From a bacterium CG_4_9_14_3_um_filter_65_15 (lineage in GTDB: Bacteria; Krumholzibacteriota; Krumholzibacteriia; LZORAL124-64-63): a DNA stretch of 64,000 bases. The notes below the pieces were generated by a model. The model was not told where the DNA came from and searched no databases. It worked only from the letters and a program-made list of their open reading frames with translations. Below are positions 10,381-20,250 of this stretch, one piece after another (positions within the stretch are counted from its first letter, which is position 1; every line of letters starts with the position of its first letter). The position numbers and the translations under genes are program-made. The DNA is taken from NCBI GenBank assembly GCA_002790835.1, contig PFVX01000024.1, forward strand, positions 7,167-71,166. Direction: 5' to 3'.

Positions 10381-10944
10381 ATGTCGGTGAGGATCTGGCT
10401 GGCTGGACTTTTTGCGGTGGCGCTGGGCATGTCCCTGGCCGGTTGCGGCGACGGGGATGACCAACCTGCGTTGCCGGTCTCCTCGGGGCCTCGACTGGAA
10501 CAGGTCTTCCGAGATCACGTCACCGTCGAGACCGAGAACGGCACGCGCAAATGGGTGCTCAGCAGCGACCAGATGCAGCAGTTCGCGGGCCAGGATGAGG
10601 TGCTGCTCATCGACTTGACCATGGATTTCTACCGGGACGGCGAGCCCTTCTCGACGCTGACCGCCGACAGCGGACGCGCCGATCCGGACAACCGCAACGT
10701 CCACGCCTGGGGCGACGTGGTGGTCGTGACCCGGGACGAGCGGCGCCTGGAAACCGAAGAGCTGTTCTATGACAACCAAACCCAGCTGATCACCAACGAC
10801 GTGTTCGATCGCTATACCTGGAGCGACGGCGAGGCGACGGGAATGGGGATGGAAGCGTCTCCTGATCTCGATTTTTTTGAGATCAAGCAGAGTTTCCAGA
10901 GCGAAATCATGGACCAGGCACCCGATTCCACCGGAGGCGGTTGA
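10381..10944 (+). CDS. lptC: LptC/LptA (OstA-like) family LPS-transport lipoprotein
   Basis: 187 aa; signal peptide with LAGC lipobox ([23 protein letters not shown]), OstA-like beta-jellyroll region. It sits directly upstream of lptB as in the kdsD-kdsC-lptC-lptA-lptB arrangement. No separate lptA is present. Confidence 0.7.
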   Translation: MSVRIWLAGLFAVALGMSLAGCGDGDDQPALPVSSGPRLEQVFRDHVTVETENGTRKWVLSSDQMQQFAGQDEVLLIDLTMDFYRDGEPFSTLTADSGRADPDNRNVHAWGDVVVVTRDERRLETEELFYDNQTQLITNDVFDRYTWSDGEATGMGMEASPDLDFFEIKQSFQSEIMDQAPDSTGGG

Positions 10945-11681
10945 TGGACAACCAGGATCGTTCCCTGCTGGAAGTGACGGGGCTGCGCAAGATCTACCGC
11001 AAACGTGCGGTGGTCGACGGCGTGGACCTGGAACTGCACCAGGGAGAGGTGGTGGGCCTGCTCGGCCCCAACGGTGCCGGCAAGACGACCTCCTTCTACA
11101 TGATCGTGGGGTTCATCACCCCCGACGCCGGTTCGGTGTATCTCGACGGCCAGGATGTCACCTCGCTGCCGATGTACAAGCGTGCCCGTCTGGGTATCGG
11201 CTACCTGCCCCAGGAATCCTCCATCTTCCGCAAACTGACGGTGGAGGAAAACGTCCTGGCAATCCTGGAACAGTTGAAGCTCACCCGCGGTGAGCGCCAG
11301 CACCGCCTGGACGAACTCCTCGAACTCATGGGAGTCCAGCACCTGCGCCAGAGCAGGGGCTACCAGCTTTCGGGTGGCGAACGCCGACGCGTGGAGATCG
11401 CCCGCGCCTTGGTCACCGATCCCAAATTCATGCTCCTCGACGAACCCTTCGCCGGCATCGACCCCATCGCCGTTGCGGATCTCCAGTCCGTGGTCGTCCA
11501 GCTCAAGGAGCGCGGCCTGGGGGTGTTGATCACCGATCACAACGTGCGGGAAACGTTGAGCATCACCGATCGGTCGTATATCCTGTTCGAAGGCAGAATC
11601 GAGCTGGCCGGGACGGCCGAGCAGATCGTGGGTTCGGAAAAGGCTCGGATGCTGTATCTTGGAGATAAGTTCAGACTTTGA
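10944..11681 (+). CDS. lptB: LPS export ABC transporter ATP-binding protein
   Basis: Walker [13 protein letters not shown] signature [15 protein letters not shown], Walker [11 protein letters not shown]; LptB-length at about 245 aa. The ATG at 10944 overlaps the lptC stop. Confidence 0.9.
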   Translation: MDNQDRSLLEVTGLRKIYRKRAVVDGVDLELHQGEVVGLLGPNGAGKTTSFYMIVGFITPDAGSVYLDGQDVTSLPMYKRARLGIGYLPQESSIFRKLTVEENVLAILEQLKLTRGERQHRLDELLELMGVQHLRQSRGYQLSGGERRRVEIARALVTDPKFMLLDEPFAGIDPIAVADLQSVVVQLKERGLGVLITDHNVRETLSITDRSYILFEGRIELAGTAEQIVGSEKARMLYLGDKFRL

Positions 11682-11732
11682 GGTTTTGCATCACACCGTC
11701 TGCAGCATCGCCGGACGGTCAAAGGATAGACC

Positions 11733-13160
11733 ATGGGTCCCAACCTCGGTTTGCGCCAGAGTATGCAGCTGCGGCAGCAGCTGGTCATGACCCAGCGCCT
11801 GCAGCAGGCGCTGAAGCTGCTGCAGGTTCCCACCCTGGAGCTCGAGCAGCTCCTGCGCACGGAACTCCAGGGCAATCCCCTGCTGGAGGAGATCGAACCG
11901 GAAGACGAGCTGGAGGACGAGGTCCGGCTGGATCGCGAGATCACCAAGCTGGAGGAAAATATCCGGGAGGGTGGCGATAACCCCCAGGATGAGCACAGGG
12001 ACTGGGGGGACAGCTGGGACGAAGGGTTCCGGGGGCTCGCCAACGAGCACGGGTACGAAGAGGAGGACGACCTCGAACGGCCCCAGAAATACATTCCCTC
12101 CGGCCAGGAGACCCTGACCCAGCAGCTGCAACTGGCGGTGCCCGAGGGTCTGGAACGCCGCATCGGCGAATATATCATCGGGTGTCTCAACGAGGACGGC
12201 ATGCTGGCCTGTCCGGTGGATGAGATCGCCGCCTATTTCGAAGTGGATCCGTCCGCGGTGGAAGCGGTGCTGTTCGTCATCCAGGGCTTCGACCCCCCCG
12301 GGGTAGGCGCACGGGATATCCGGGAATGCCTGCTGCTGCAACTCGAGGCGCGGGGGCAGGCCGAGTCGCCCGAAGCCCTGCTGATCAAGGACCATTTCGA
12401 CGACCTGATCAACCGACGTTTCGCCGAGATCGCCCGCGCCCTGAAAATCACACCGCGTGAGGTGCAGGAGATCGCCCAGCGCATCGGCGAACTCGATCCG
12501 CACCCCGGGATGTCCGCCGACGCCGAGGGTGCTCGGGCGGTGGTTCCGGACCTGGAAGTGGTCAAAATCAACGAGGACCCCATCGCGTACTCGGTCTACC
12601 TGAACGATTCCAACCTGCCCCGGTTGCGGGTCAGCCAGGCCTACGAGAACACCACCTCCCGCAACCAGGATGCGGTCAAGTTCATCGACGAGAAGAAGCG
12701 TCACGCCGAATGGGTCATCAAGACCATCGAACAGCGGCGACGCACCATGATCAAGGTCATGGAAGCCATCGTCGAGGAGCAGAAGGATTTCTTCAGCCAG
12801 GGCGCCATCGCCCTGAGGCCCCTGACCCTCCAGCAGATCGCCTCCCGGATCGGGATGCACGAATCCACCGTCAGCCGCGTCACCAGGCAAAAATACGTGC
12901 AGACTCCGCGCGGCGTGTTTCCCCTGAAGTTCTTCTTCTCCGCCGGCCTGGATTCCCAGGGGGGAGAGGAGATCGCGGCCAAGGCCGTGAAGATCATGAT
13001 CCAGGAGATCATCGGGCAGGAGAATACGTCCAAGCCTTTGTCAGACAAGAAGATCGTTGACATCCTGCAAGAGCGCGGATTGAAGATCGCCCGGCGCACG
13101 GTCGCCAAGTACCGGGAACAACTGGGGATCCTCAGCGCGAGGATGCGCAAACAATTCTAG
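11733..13160 (+). CDS. rpoN: RNA polymerase sigma-54 factor
   Basis: N-terminal Gln/Leu-rich region I (LRQSMQLRQQLVMTQRLQQALKLLQ), acidic region II, and the C-terminal RpoN box ARRTVAKYRE with an HTH. Confidence 0.95.
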   Translation: MGPNLGLRQSMQLRQQLVMTQRLQQALKLLQVPTLELEQLLRTELQGNPLLEEIEPEDELEDEVRLDREITKLEENIREGGDNPQDEHRDWGDSWDEGFRGLANEHGYEEEDDLERPQKYIPSGQETLTQQLQLAVPEGLERRIGEYIIGCLNEDGMLACPVDEIAAYFEVDPSAVEAVLFVIQGFDPPGVGARDIRECLLLQLEARGQAESPEALLIKDHFDDLINRRFAEIARALKITPREVQEIAQRIGELDPHPGMSADAEGARAVVPDLEVVKINEDPIAYSVYLNDSNLPRLRVSQAYENTTSRNQDAVKFIDEKKRHAEWVIKTIEQRRRTMIKVMEAIVEEQKDFFSQGAIALRPLTLQQIASRIGMHESTVSRVTRQKYVQTPRGVFPLKFFFSAGLDSQGGEEIAAKAVKIMIQEIIGQENTSKPLSDKKIVDILQERGLKIARRTVAKYREQLGILSARMRKQF

Positions 13161-13177
13161 GTCCAAGGAGGATAGCC

Positions 13178-13705
13178 ATGCAGATGGAAATCATCGACCG
13201 TCACTTCACCCTCGGCGAAGATCAGCGGGAACTCATCGAAGCCGCCCTGGAGAAACTGGAACGGTTCAGCCCCCGCCCGCTGGAAACGGTGAAGGTGGTG
13301 ATCAACCATGACGCCGGCTTGTTCGACGCCGACGGTGTGCTGTTCCTGAAGAGTCGGGAGTTCCGCGCCAAGGGCGAGGGCCGCGAACCCGAACTTGCCG
13401 TGGGCGAAATGGTGGAAAACCTCCGGACCCAGCTGATCAAGTTCAAGGGCAAGATGACCGCGCGCCAGAAGAGCGAAAGCGGGGGACTGGGACGGGCCAT
13501 GGTCGAGGGGGGGGGAGCCCTTCCGGCGCCCGCGGAGAATCCCCACACTTTCATCCTGAAGGACATGAGTGTGGAGGATGCGCGCGAGGCCTTCCAGACC
13601 GCAAACCAGCCCTTCCTGGTTTTCCGCAACGCGAAGAACGGCCGGGTCGCGGTCATCTACAGTTCCGATGACGGCTCCCTTGGACACATGGAGGCCGGCC
13701 AGTGA
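13178..13705 (+). CDS. hpf: Ribosome hibernation-promoting factor (long HPF / sigma-54 modulation protein)
   Basis: 175 aa; the YfiA/HPF N-domain follows rpoN and a C-terminal dimerisation extension is present; RBS aaggagga. Confidence 0.85.
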   Translation: MQMEIIDRHFTLGEDQRELIEAALEKLERFSPRPLETVKVVINHDAGLFDADGVLFLKSREFRAKGEGREPELAVGEMVENLRTQLIKFKGKMTARQKSESGGLGRAMVEGGGALPAPAENPHTFILKDMSVEDAREAFQTANQPFLVFRNAKNGRVAVIYSSDDGSLGHMEAGQ

Positions 13706-13750
13706 TCCCGGGCCGCATCCGTCCCGCAGGCGACAACGGGGAAGGCGAAC

Positions 13751-14719
13751 ATGTCTGAAGTCACGGTTCAGGGCCTTTTCGCCGCTCTGAAGGAACCTCT
13801 CCTGCTCGACCTGCTGGGCGAGATGCCGCAGCAGCCCGTGCCCATTTCGGCGCAGGACGTCCACCGACCGGGTATGGCGCTGATGGGTTTTGCCGAGAAC
13901 TTCCGCTCGCAAAGGATCCAGGTTCTGGGCGAATCCGAAACCGCCTTTCTCCATTCCCTGTCCCCGGAAGACCAACGCCTGGCCATGAGCCGAGTGCTCG
14001 ACCTGAAGCCGCCGGTGATCTTCATCGCCCGCGACCAGGACGTTCCCGTGCCCGTGATCGAACTGGTGCGGGAGCGGGGGTTCCCCCTGATCCGCTCGGC
14101 CCTGCCCGCCACGGATTTCCAGCGTGAACTGACCCTGCACATGGCCCGCATGTTCGCCCGGCGTCTCGAGGTGCACGGCACCCTGGTGGACGTGTACGGC
14201 GTGGGTTTGCTGTTTACCGGACGCAGCGGAATCGGCAAGAGTGAATGCGCCCTGGACCTGATCGAGAGGGGGCACCGCCTGGTCGCCGACGATATCGTCG
14301 AGATCACACGCACCAGCGAAGATCTGCTGATCGGCCGGTACCGCGAAGTCCTGCGCCATCACCTGGAGATCCGGGGGGTGGGGGTCATCGACGTGCAGGC
14401 CATTTTCGGCATCCGCTCCATCCGCATGCAGAAGCGTATCGAGGTCGAGGTCCAGCTCCAGGATTGGGATGATGGGTCGGATTACGAGCGCGTGGGTATG
14501 GAGGACCGGTTCACGGAGATCCTGGGCGTGAACATTCCCCAGGTGGTCGTCCCGTTGTTTCCCGGCAAGAACATCACGGTGATCAGCGAAGTCATCGCCC
14601 TGAATTTCATGCTCAAGGTCTACGGGTATGACGCGGCCCAGGCTCTCAATGACCGCATCATCGAGACCATGAAGAAGAGTGACCGCCTGCGTCACTACCT
14701 CGAACAGGACCGGGAATAG
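13751..14719 (+). CDS. hprK: HPr kinase/phosphorylase
   Basis: 322 aa; Walker A GRSGIGKSE, the HprK capping/central loop LVADD...LEIRGVGVID, and a conserved C-terminal domain. Confidence 0.92.
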   Translation: MSEVTVQGLFAALKEPLLLDLLGEMPQQPVPISAQDVHRPGMALMGFAENFRSQRIQVLGESETAFLHSLSPEDQRLAMSRVLDLKPPVIFIARDQDVPVPVIELVRERGFPLIRSALPATDFQRELTLHMARMFARRLEVHGTLVDVYGVGLLFTGRSGIGKSECALDLIERGHRLVADDIVEITRTSEDLLIGRYREVLRHHLEIRGVGVIDVQAIFGIRSIRMQKRIEVEVQLQDWDDGSDYERVGMEDRFTEILGVNIPQVVVPLFPGKNITVISEVIALNFMLKVYGYDAAQALNDRIIETMKKSDRLRHYLEQDRE

Positions 14720-14740
14720 GTATCCGGAGGTGATGTCGAT

Positions 14741-15145
14741 ATGCGTGGTCTCGTCGCAACCCACGGCAATCTCGGCGCCGAATTGGTGAAGGTCGTGGAA
14801 ATGATCATGGGCCCGGGCAGCGGTCTGACTTCCCTGACCAACCACGGCAAGAGTGCTCCGGATCTCGTCGCCGAAATGCGTGACTGGCTGGATGCCGAAG
14901 ACGGCGGTGAAGGACTGCCCGTGGGTGATGCCGTCCTGTTCCTGGACGACTACGGCGGCAGCTGTGCCCACGCCGCCCAGCTGGCTTGCCGGGCGGAAGA
15001 TCCGGTCGCCATCATCAGCGGTGTGAATCTGGCCATGCTGCTGGGGTTCGTGACCTGGCGCGATGACCTGGATCTGGCCGAACTCAGCGGGCGTCTGGTG
15101 TCCAAGGGTCGCGAAGCCATCACGCGGCTGGGTGGTTCGCCGTGA
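14741..15145 (+). CDS. PTS mannose/fructose/sorbose family EIIA component
   Basis: 134 aa; EIIA-Man fold with the phosphorylatable His in LVATHGNLG near the N-terminus. Confidence 0.8.
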   Translation: MRGLVATHGNLGAELVKVVEMIMGPGSGLTSLTNHGKSAPDLVAEMRDWLDAEDGGEGLPVGDAVLFLDDYGGSCAHAAQLACRAEDPVAIISGVNLAMLLGFVTWRDDLDLAELSGRLVSKGREAITRLGGSP

Positions 15146-15636
15146 CGGTTGTCCTGGCCAGGGTGGACGATCGTCTGATTCACGGGCAGGTCACGGTCGG
15201 CTGGTGCCAGCACCTGCACCCGGACCATCTGGTGCTGGCCGACAATGCCGTGGCCGCCGACCCTTGGCAGTCCCGGGTTTATGCCAGCTCGGTCCCCCCC
15301 CGCATAAAAGTCTCCATCCTTTCGGTGGCCGAGGCGGTCAATCATTTGCGCACTGGGGATCCCGCGGAGCGGGTCCTGGTGCTGACAAGCAATGTCCCGG
15401 CCATGGCCGACCTGGTCAGCCTGGGCGCACCCATCGATCGGGTCAATCTGGGTGGTCTGCATATGGGACCCGGAAAACGGGAAGTTTTTCCTTTCGTCTA
15501 TTTCGACGAGGTCGACCTGAAATCCCTGCTGCGTCTGGTCAATGCCGACGTGCGACTCCTCGCCCAGCAGGTGCCCGGGGGTAAGGAATTCAGGCTGGAA
15601 CCCGCAACCGTGCGCCAATTGGCATCCCCATGTTGA
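15142..15636 (+). CDS. PTS mannose/sorbose family EIIB component
   Basis: RVDDRLIHGQV is the diagnostic EIIB-Man active-site His motif; the GTG start overlaps the IIA stop. Confidence 0.85.
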   Translation: MTVVLARVDDRLIHGQVTVGWCQHLHPDHLVLADNAVAADPWQSRVYASSVPPRIKVSILSVAEAVNHLRTGDPAERVLVLTSNVPAMADLVSLGAPIDRVNLGGLHMGPGKREVFPFVYFDEVDLKSLLRLVNADVRLLAQQVPGGKEFRLEPATVRQLASPC

Positions 15637-16385
15637 GCCCCGAACTGGCCCTGGTTTTCGCCACACCCCACCCGTGGGCACTGCTGGGTCTGGCCTCGAT
15701 GCTGGCCGGGGTCCTGTGCCTGGACGATACCGCGGTTATCCAGTCCTGGCTGGGGCAACCCCTCCCGGCCGCATTGTTGACCGGTTTGCTCTGGGGACGG
15801 CCCGACCTTGGTTTGGCGGTGGGATTCCCTTTGCAACTGGCCCTGATCGGCAATCTGCCGGTGGGCCAGTCCTTCGTGGGGGATCCGGTGACCGCAACGG
15901 TTGCGGTCACCGCAGCGGCCTGTCGCATGTCCCTGGATCAGGTTGCCTTGCCGATGGGGTCGGGGCCGGTGGACTATCCCCTGTGGGGCTGGCTTCTTCT
16001 GGGCGCCGGGCTGATGAGCCTGGGCGGTCACTGGGTCGTCCATGCCGAGCGAACGGCATTCGGTCTCTGGATGCATGAAGGTCGGCTGTCCCTCAAGGAC
16101 GGCCGTTTGCGCCGCCTGGAAAACCTGCACCTGCGCTGCCTGAGCGTGACGTTCCTGCGGGGTGCGGTCCTCAGCGTCCTGGGTGTTCTCCTCGTCCAGC
16201 ATGTCTGGATCCCACTGCTGCCCCACGTCGGGCCGGTTATCCGGCGCGGAGTGGGAATCTTGCCCTTCCTGCTGCCCGGATTGGGCATCGGCGCCCTGTG
16301 CGAGCGATTCCACCGGACTCGGACCTGGTTCTGGGTTGTGGGCGGAGCCGGGTTGGCCCTGCTCTGGAAGGTGGTGGGGTCATGA
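15630..16385 (+). CDS. PTS mannose family EIIC membrane component
   Basis: A 251-aa polytopic hydrophobic protein placed between IIB-Man and IID-Man; the start overlaps the IIB stop. Confidence 0.7.
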   Translation: MLSPELALVFATPHPWALLGLASMLAGVLCLDDTAVIQSWLGQPLPAALLTGLLWGRPDLGLAVGFPLQLALIGNLPVGQSFVGDPVTATVAVTAAACRMSLDQVALPMGSGPVDYPLWGWLLLGAGLMSLGGHWVVHAERTAFGLWMHEGRLSLKDGRLRRLENLHLRCLSVTFLRGAVLSVLGVLLVQHVWIPLLPHVGPVIRRGVGILPFLLPGLGIGALCERFHRTRTWFWVVGGAGLALLWKVVGS

Positions 16386-17161
16386 ACCGGCCCGAACGCC
16401 TGCCTCTGCGCCTGCGCCTGCGCCTGTGGTTGCGTTTGCTGATCCTGCAGGCGTCGTGGAATCCCCAGCGGATGCAGAACCTGGGTTTTCTGTACTGCTT
16501 GCTGGGATGGTACAAGCGCCTTGATGAGGTGGCCGACGACCGCCGCCATTTCTTTTACCGGTACTTCGGTTTTTTCAACACCAACCCCTACCTCGCGGGC
16601 TTCCTGGTGGGCGGTCTGACGCGGCTGGAAGCCGAAAACCGCGACAACTCCGGCGTGTCCAGCCAGGTCCTGGTCACCTACCGGGATTCCCTGGCCCGCG
16701 CTTTCGCCTCGTTGGGGGACCAGCTGTTCTGGTTGGGACTCAAACCCGCCTTGACCCTGATTGCCTGTGTATTGGCCTTGGCGGGCAATGTGGCGGGTGC
16801 GCTCGGGGTCTTCGGGATGTTCCTGGTCTGTCAACTGGCCCTGAGGTGGTGGTCCCTGGAAGCGGGTTACCGGCGTGGATTGGATATCCTCGACCTTTTG
16901 GACAACCCGATCTGGCACCGGCTGATCCTGGTCGCCAAGCGGGTTTCCCTGGTCGCGGCGGGCCTGGTGGCCGGGATGTTCCTGGCGGGGACGTGGTCCG
17001 AGGGCTCCGCGGCGTGCGCGATCCTGTTCGGGACCGGCCTGGTCTTGGGGGCTGTGGTGCCTCGCCTGTCGAAAAGGCGGCTTCCGGGTGAGGTGTTGAT
17101 GCTGATCGGGGTGGCCGTCTGCCTCGGCCTTGGCTTTGCCATTTCCCTTCCTGGAGGCTAA
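16382..17161 (+). CDS. PTS mannose family EIID membrane component
   Basis: FFYRYFGFFNTNPYLAGFLVG matches the EIID-Man signature region. The ATG at 16382 overlaps the IIC stop; the track ORF 16298 start is upstream. Confidence 0.75.
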   Translation: MNRPERLPLRLRLRLWLRLLILQASWNPQRMQNLGFLYCLLGWYKRLDEVADDRRHFFYRYFGFFNTNPYLAGFLVGGLTRLEAENRDNSGVSSQVLVTYRDSLARAFASLGDQLFWLGLKPALTLIACVLALAGNVAGALGVFGMFLVCQLALRWWSLEAGYRRGLDILDLLDNPIWHRLILVAKRVSLVAAGLVAGMFLAGTWSEGSAACAILFGTGLVLGAVVPRLSKRRLPGEVLMLIGVAVCLGLGFAISLPGG

Positions 17162-17208
17162 ATTGTGCCCAGAATATTGCTCCCCGTCATCTGCAAGGGA
17201 TCCCAACG

Positions 17209-17487
17209 TTGAAAACCGTGGTCGCCAAAGTGTCCGATCCCGTCGGGTTCCACCTGCGGGCAGCCGGCAGGATCGTGAAACTCACCAAGACCTATGCTTC
17301 TTCCGTCACCATCAAATACGACGGAAAAATTGCTAATGCCAAAAGTATCATGGGGTTAGCAAGTTTGGCCGCCGAATTCGGAGCCGAGGTCGAGGTTCAT
17401 GTGGAAGGCCCCGACGAAGTTGAGGCCGCCGAAGCCATCGTCCGTCTCATCGCCGTGGATCTTGCGCATCCGGAGCAGGAAGAATAG
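17209..17487 (+). CDS. ptsH: Phosphocarrier protein HPr/NPr
   Basis: 92 aa; GFHLRAAG corresponds to the His15 region of HPr (GLHARPA), and a Ser46-region KSIMGL is present. TTG start; it directly precedes ptsI. Confidence 0.8.
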   Translation: MKTVVAKVSDPVGFHLRAAGRIVKLTKTYASSVTIKYDGKIANAKSIMGLASLAAEFGAEVEVHVEGPDEVEAAEAIVRLIAVDLAHPEQEE

Positions 17488-19245
17488 ATGAAGATGTATC
17501 AGGGCATAGCGGCTTCTCCCGGATATGCCCTGGGACCGGTGTATCCGGTGGCGCGCCGGCAGATTGTTGCGCCGCGCCGGGCCATCGCCGCCGACGAAGT
17601 TTCCGCAGAAATCGAGCGTTTCCGCACGGCGGTCAAGGGTGCCCGCGACCAGATCCAGGATCTGGTCGAGAGGTTGTCGGCGGAATTGGGCGGGACCGAG
17701 GCCGATATCCTGGCCAGCCAGCTGCTGGTGCTGGAGGATGAGCTGGTATGGGACGCCACCCAGGCGGTTATCCGCCTGGAACTGATCAACGCCGAGGCCG
17801 CCTTCAGCCGGGCCATGGGGGACATCGTTTCCCGGTTTCTGGAAATCGAGGAGCAAACCTTCCGGGAGCGGATCAACGACCTGCAGGACGTGGAACAGCG
17901 GGTGCTGCGGGCCTTTGACGGCAATCGACCGGGTTCCCTCCAGCCCCCGACCGAACCCTCGGTCATCGCCGCCCGAAACCTGACTCCCAGCGATACGGCG
18001 GCCCTCGGTCGGGAAAACATTCTGGGCTATATCATGGACGAGGGGGGAAGCACGAGCCACGTGGCGATCCTGGCGCGATCCCTGGGCGTTCCGGCCGTGG
18101 TGGGCTTGCGGAACCGCGCCTTCCGGTTGGCCGCCGGCCGGGTGGTCGCGGTCGACGGCATTGCCGGTCGCCTGGTCGTGGACCCGGATGAGGCCACCTG
18201 CGAAAGCATGAGGATGCTGACTCGGCATGAGGTGGTGGTCAACGAAAAGCTGGTGGGCCTGCGCGACCTGCCCGCCGAGACCCCTGACGGACACCGGGTC
18301 CGGATGATGGCCAACATCGAGTTGCCCCTGGAAGTCGACGAGGCGCTGGCCCGTGGCGCCGAAGGCATCGGTCTGCTGCGCACCGAATACCTGTTCTTTC
18401 AGCACGGCACCATCCCCACCGAAGACGAGCAGGTCACGGTCTATGGCGAGATCGTCCGGCGCATGGGCGGACGGCCGGTGGTGTTCCGGACGCTGGACGT
18501 GGGCGGCGACAAGGTCTCCGATTACCTGGGGGCCAAACGCGAATACAACCCCTTCCTGGGCTGGCGGGGGATCCGTTTCTCCCTGGCCAACCGGGGTCTG
18601 TTCAAAACCCAGATCAAGGCCATCTGGCGCGCTGCCGCCGGCGGGCCGGTCAAGATCATGTTTCCCATGATCACAGGGGTCGAAGAGCTGCGCAGCGCCA
18701 AGGAGATCTGCCGCGAGGCGGTCGCCGAACTGGACGCCCAGGGGCTGGAACACGGCGGGGAGCTGGAGATCGGAATCATGGTGGAAACCCCGGCCGCCGT
18801 CATGGCCGCCGACCTGTTGGCCACCGAATGCGATTTCTTCAGCATCGGCAGCAACGACCTGATCCAGTACACCCTCGCCATGGACCGGGGCAACGAGCGG
18901 GTGTCATACCTGTATCAGCCTCTCCATCCGGCCATCCTGCAATCCCTGGCCAGGGTCGTCGAGGCGGGTCACGCCCACGGAATCTGGGTCGGCATCTGCG
19001 GCGAGATGGGTTCGGAAACGCGGCTGGCCGAGGTCCTGCTGGGATTGGGCCTGGACGAGATCAGCACCCACGGAGTGGCGCTGCCCAAGATCAAACAGGT
19101 TATCCGCTGGACCGGACTCGCCGAGGCGCGCTCCCTGGTGGGCGACCTGATGAAACTGAGCACGGCCGAGGAAGCCAATGCCTTCCTGGCCCTGTACATC
19201 GCTGAACGCAAACGATTGCGTGCGGAAAAGGAGTCGAATTCGTGA
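17488..19245 (+). CDS. ptsI: Phosphoenolpyruvate-protein phosphotransferase (PTS Enzyme I)
   Basis: 585 aa; N-terminal HPr-binding domain, phospho-His domain (GGSTSHVAILARSLGVPAVVG), and a C-terminal PEP-utilising TIM barrel (FFSIGSNDLIQYTLA). Confidence 0.95.
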   Translation: MKMYQGIAASPGYALGPVYPVARRQIVAPRRAIAADEVSAEIERFRTAVKGARDQIQDLVERLSAELGGTEADILASQLLVLEDELVWDATQAVIRLELINAEAAFSRAMGDIVSRFLEIEEQTFRERINDLQDVEQRVLRAFDGNRPGSLQPPTEPSVIAARNLTPSDTAALGRENILGYIMDEGGSTSHVAILARSLGVPAVVGLRNRAFRLAAGRVVAVDGIAGRLVVDPDEATCESMRMLTRHEVVVNEKLVGLRDLPAETPDGHRVRMMANIELPLEVDEALARGAEGIGLLRTEYLFFQHGTIPTEDEQVTVYGEIVRRMGGRPVVFRTLDVGGDKVSDYLGAKREYNPFLGWRGIRFSLANRGLFKTQIKAIWRAAAGGPVKIMFPMITGVEELRSAKEICREAVAELDAQGLEHGGELEIGIMVETPAAVMAADLLATECDFFSIGSNDLIQYTLAMDRGNERVSYLYQPLHPAILQSLARVVEAGHAHGIWVGICGEMGSETRLAEVLLGLGLDEISTHGVALPKIKQVIRWTGLAEARSLVGDLMKLSTAEEANAFLALYIAERKRLRAEKESNS

Positions 19246-20222
19246 AAGCCCTCATTCCCGCGGCGGGTATCGGGACGCGCCTGCGCCCCCATACCCTCAA
19301 CAAACCCAAGGCCCTTTTGCCGGTGGCCGGCAAACCGATCCTGGCCCACATCATGGACGATTTGACCGATGCGGGGATCGACGGTTTCGTGCTGATCATC
19401 GGGTACCACGGGCAGGAGGTCCGCGATTGGGTCGCCCGGCAACGCCCGGACCTGGACATCACCTTCGTCGAGCAGACCGAGCGCCTGGGACTCGGTCACG
19501 CCGTGTGGACAGCCCGCGAGGCCCTGGGGGAGGAACCCTTTTTCTGTGTCCTGGGGGACACCATCCTGAAGGCGGATTATGCCGCCTTGCTCGGCGCAGC
19601 CGGCAACGTCATCGCCGTCCGGGAGGTCGAAGATCCGCGGCGGTTCGGTGTGGTGGAATTGGACGGTGACCGCGTGGTCCGTTTCGTGGAGAAACCCGAG
19701 GTTCCACCGAGCAACCTGGCCATCGTGGGTGCCTACCTGTTCCGGGGTTCGGCCGCCCTTTGGCGCGGACTCGACCATGTCGTGACCGGTGGCCACCGCA
19801 CGCGGGACGAGTTCCAGCTGACCGACGCCTTGCAGCACATGGTGGAGCACGAGGCGGCCTTCACCGTGGCGCCGGTCGAGGACTGGTTCGACTGCGGCAA
19901 GCCGGAGACCTGGTTGGCCACCAACCGCATCCTCCTTGATCGCGCCGAGGCGGACGGCACAGGCACCCGCGGCCCCGAAATCGTACCTCCCTGCTACATC
20001 GCCGAGGATGCCTTTGTCCGGGGATCGCAGATCGGGCCCCATGTATCCATCGGATCCGGCTGCGTGGTGGAAAACTGCCGGTTGAGCGATTGCGTGGTGG
20101 GGGAGAGGTCCCAGTTGACCGAATGTGGGCTTGCCAATTCCCTGGTCGGAAACGAATGTGTGCTGAATCACGTGGCCGGCGTCATCAATATCGGCGATTT
20201 TGGAACCGCCCGCGGCTCGTGA
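19242..20222 (+). CDS. Sugar-phosphate nucleotidyltransferase with a C-terminal left-handed beta-helix (hexapeptide) domain
   Basis: N-terminal [31 protein letters not shown] (GXGXRL NTP-transferase motif) and a C-terminal hexapeptide-repeat region. The GTG start overlaps the ptsI stop. Confidence 0.8.
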   Translation: MKALIPAAGIGTRLRPHTLNKPKALLPVAGKPILAHIMDDLTDAGIDGFVLIIGYHGQEVRDWVARQRPDLDITFVEQTERLGLGHAVWTAREALGEEPFFCVLGDTILKADYAALLGAAGNVIAVREVEDPRRFGVVELDGDRVVRFVEKPEVPPSNLAIVGAYLFRGSAALWRGLDHVVTGGHRTRDEFQLTDALQHMVEHEAAFTVAPVEDWFDCGKPETWLATNRILLDRAEADGTGTRGPEIVPPCYIAEDAFVRGSQIGPHVSIGSGCVVENCRLSDCVVGERSQLTECGLANSLVGNECVLNHVAGVINIGDFGTARGS

Positions 20223-20250
20223 AGGTCCGAATTTCAACCGGGAGCAGACC

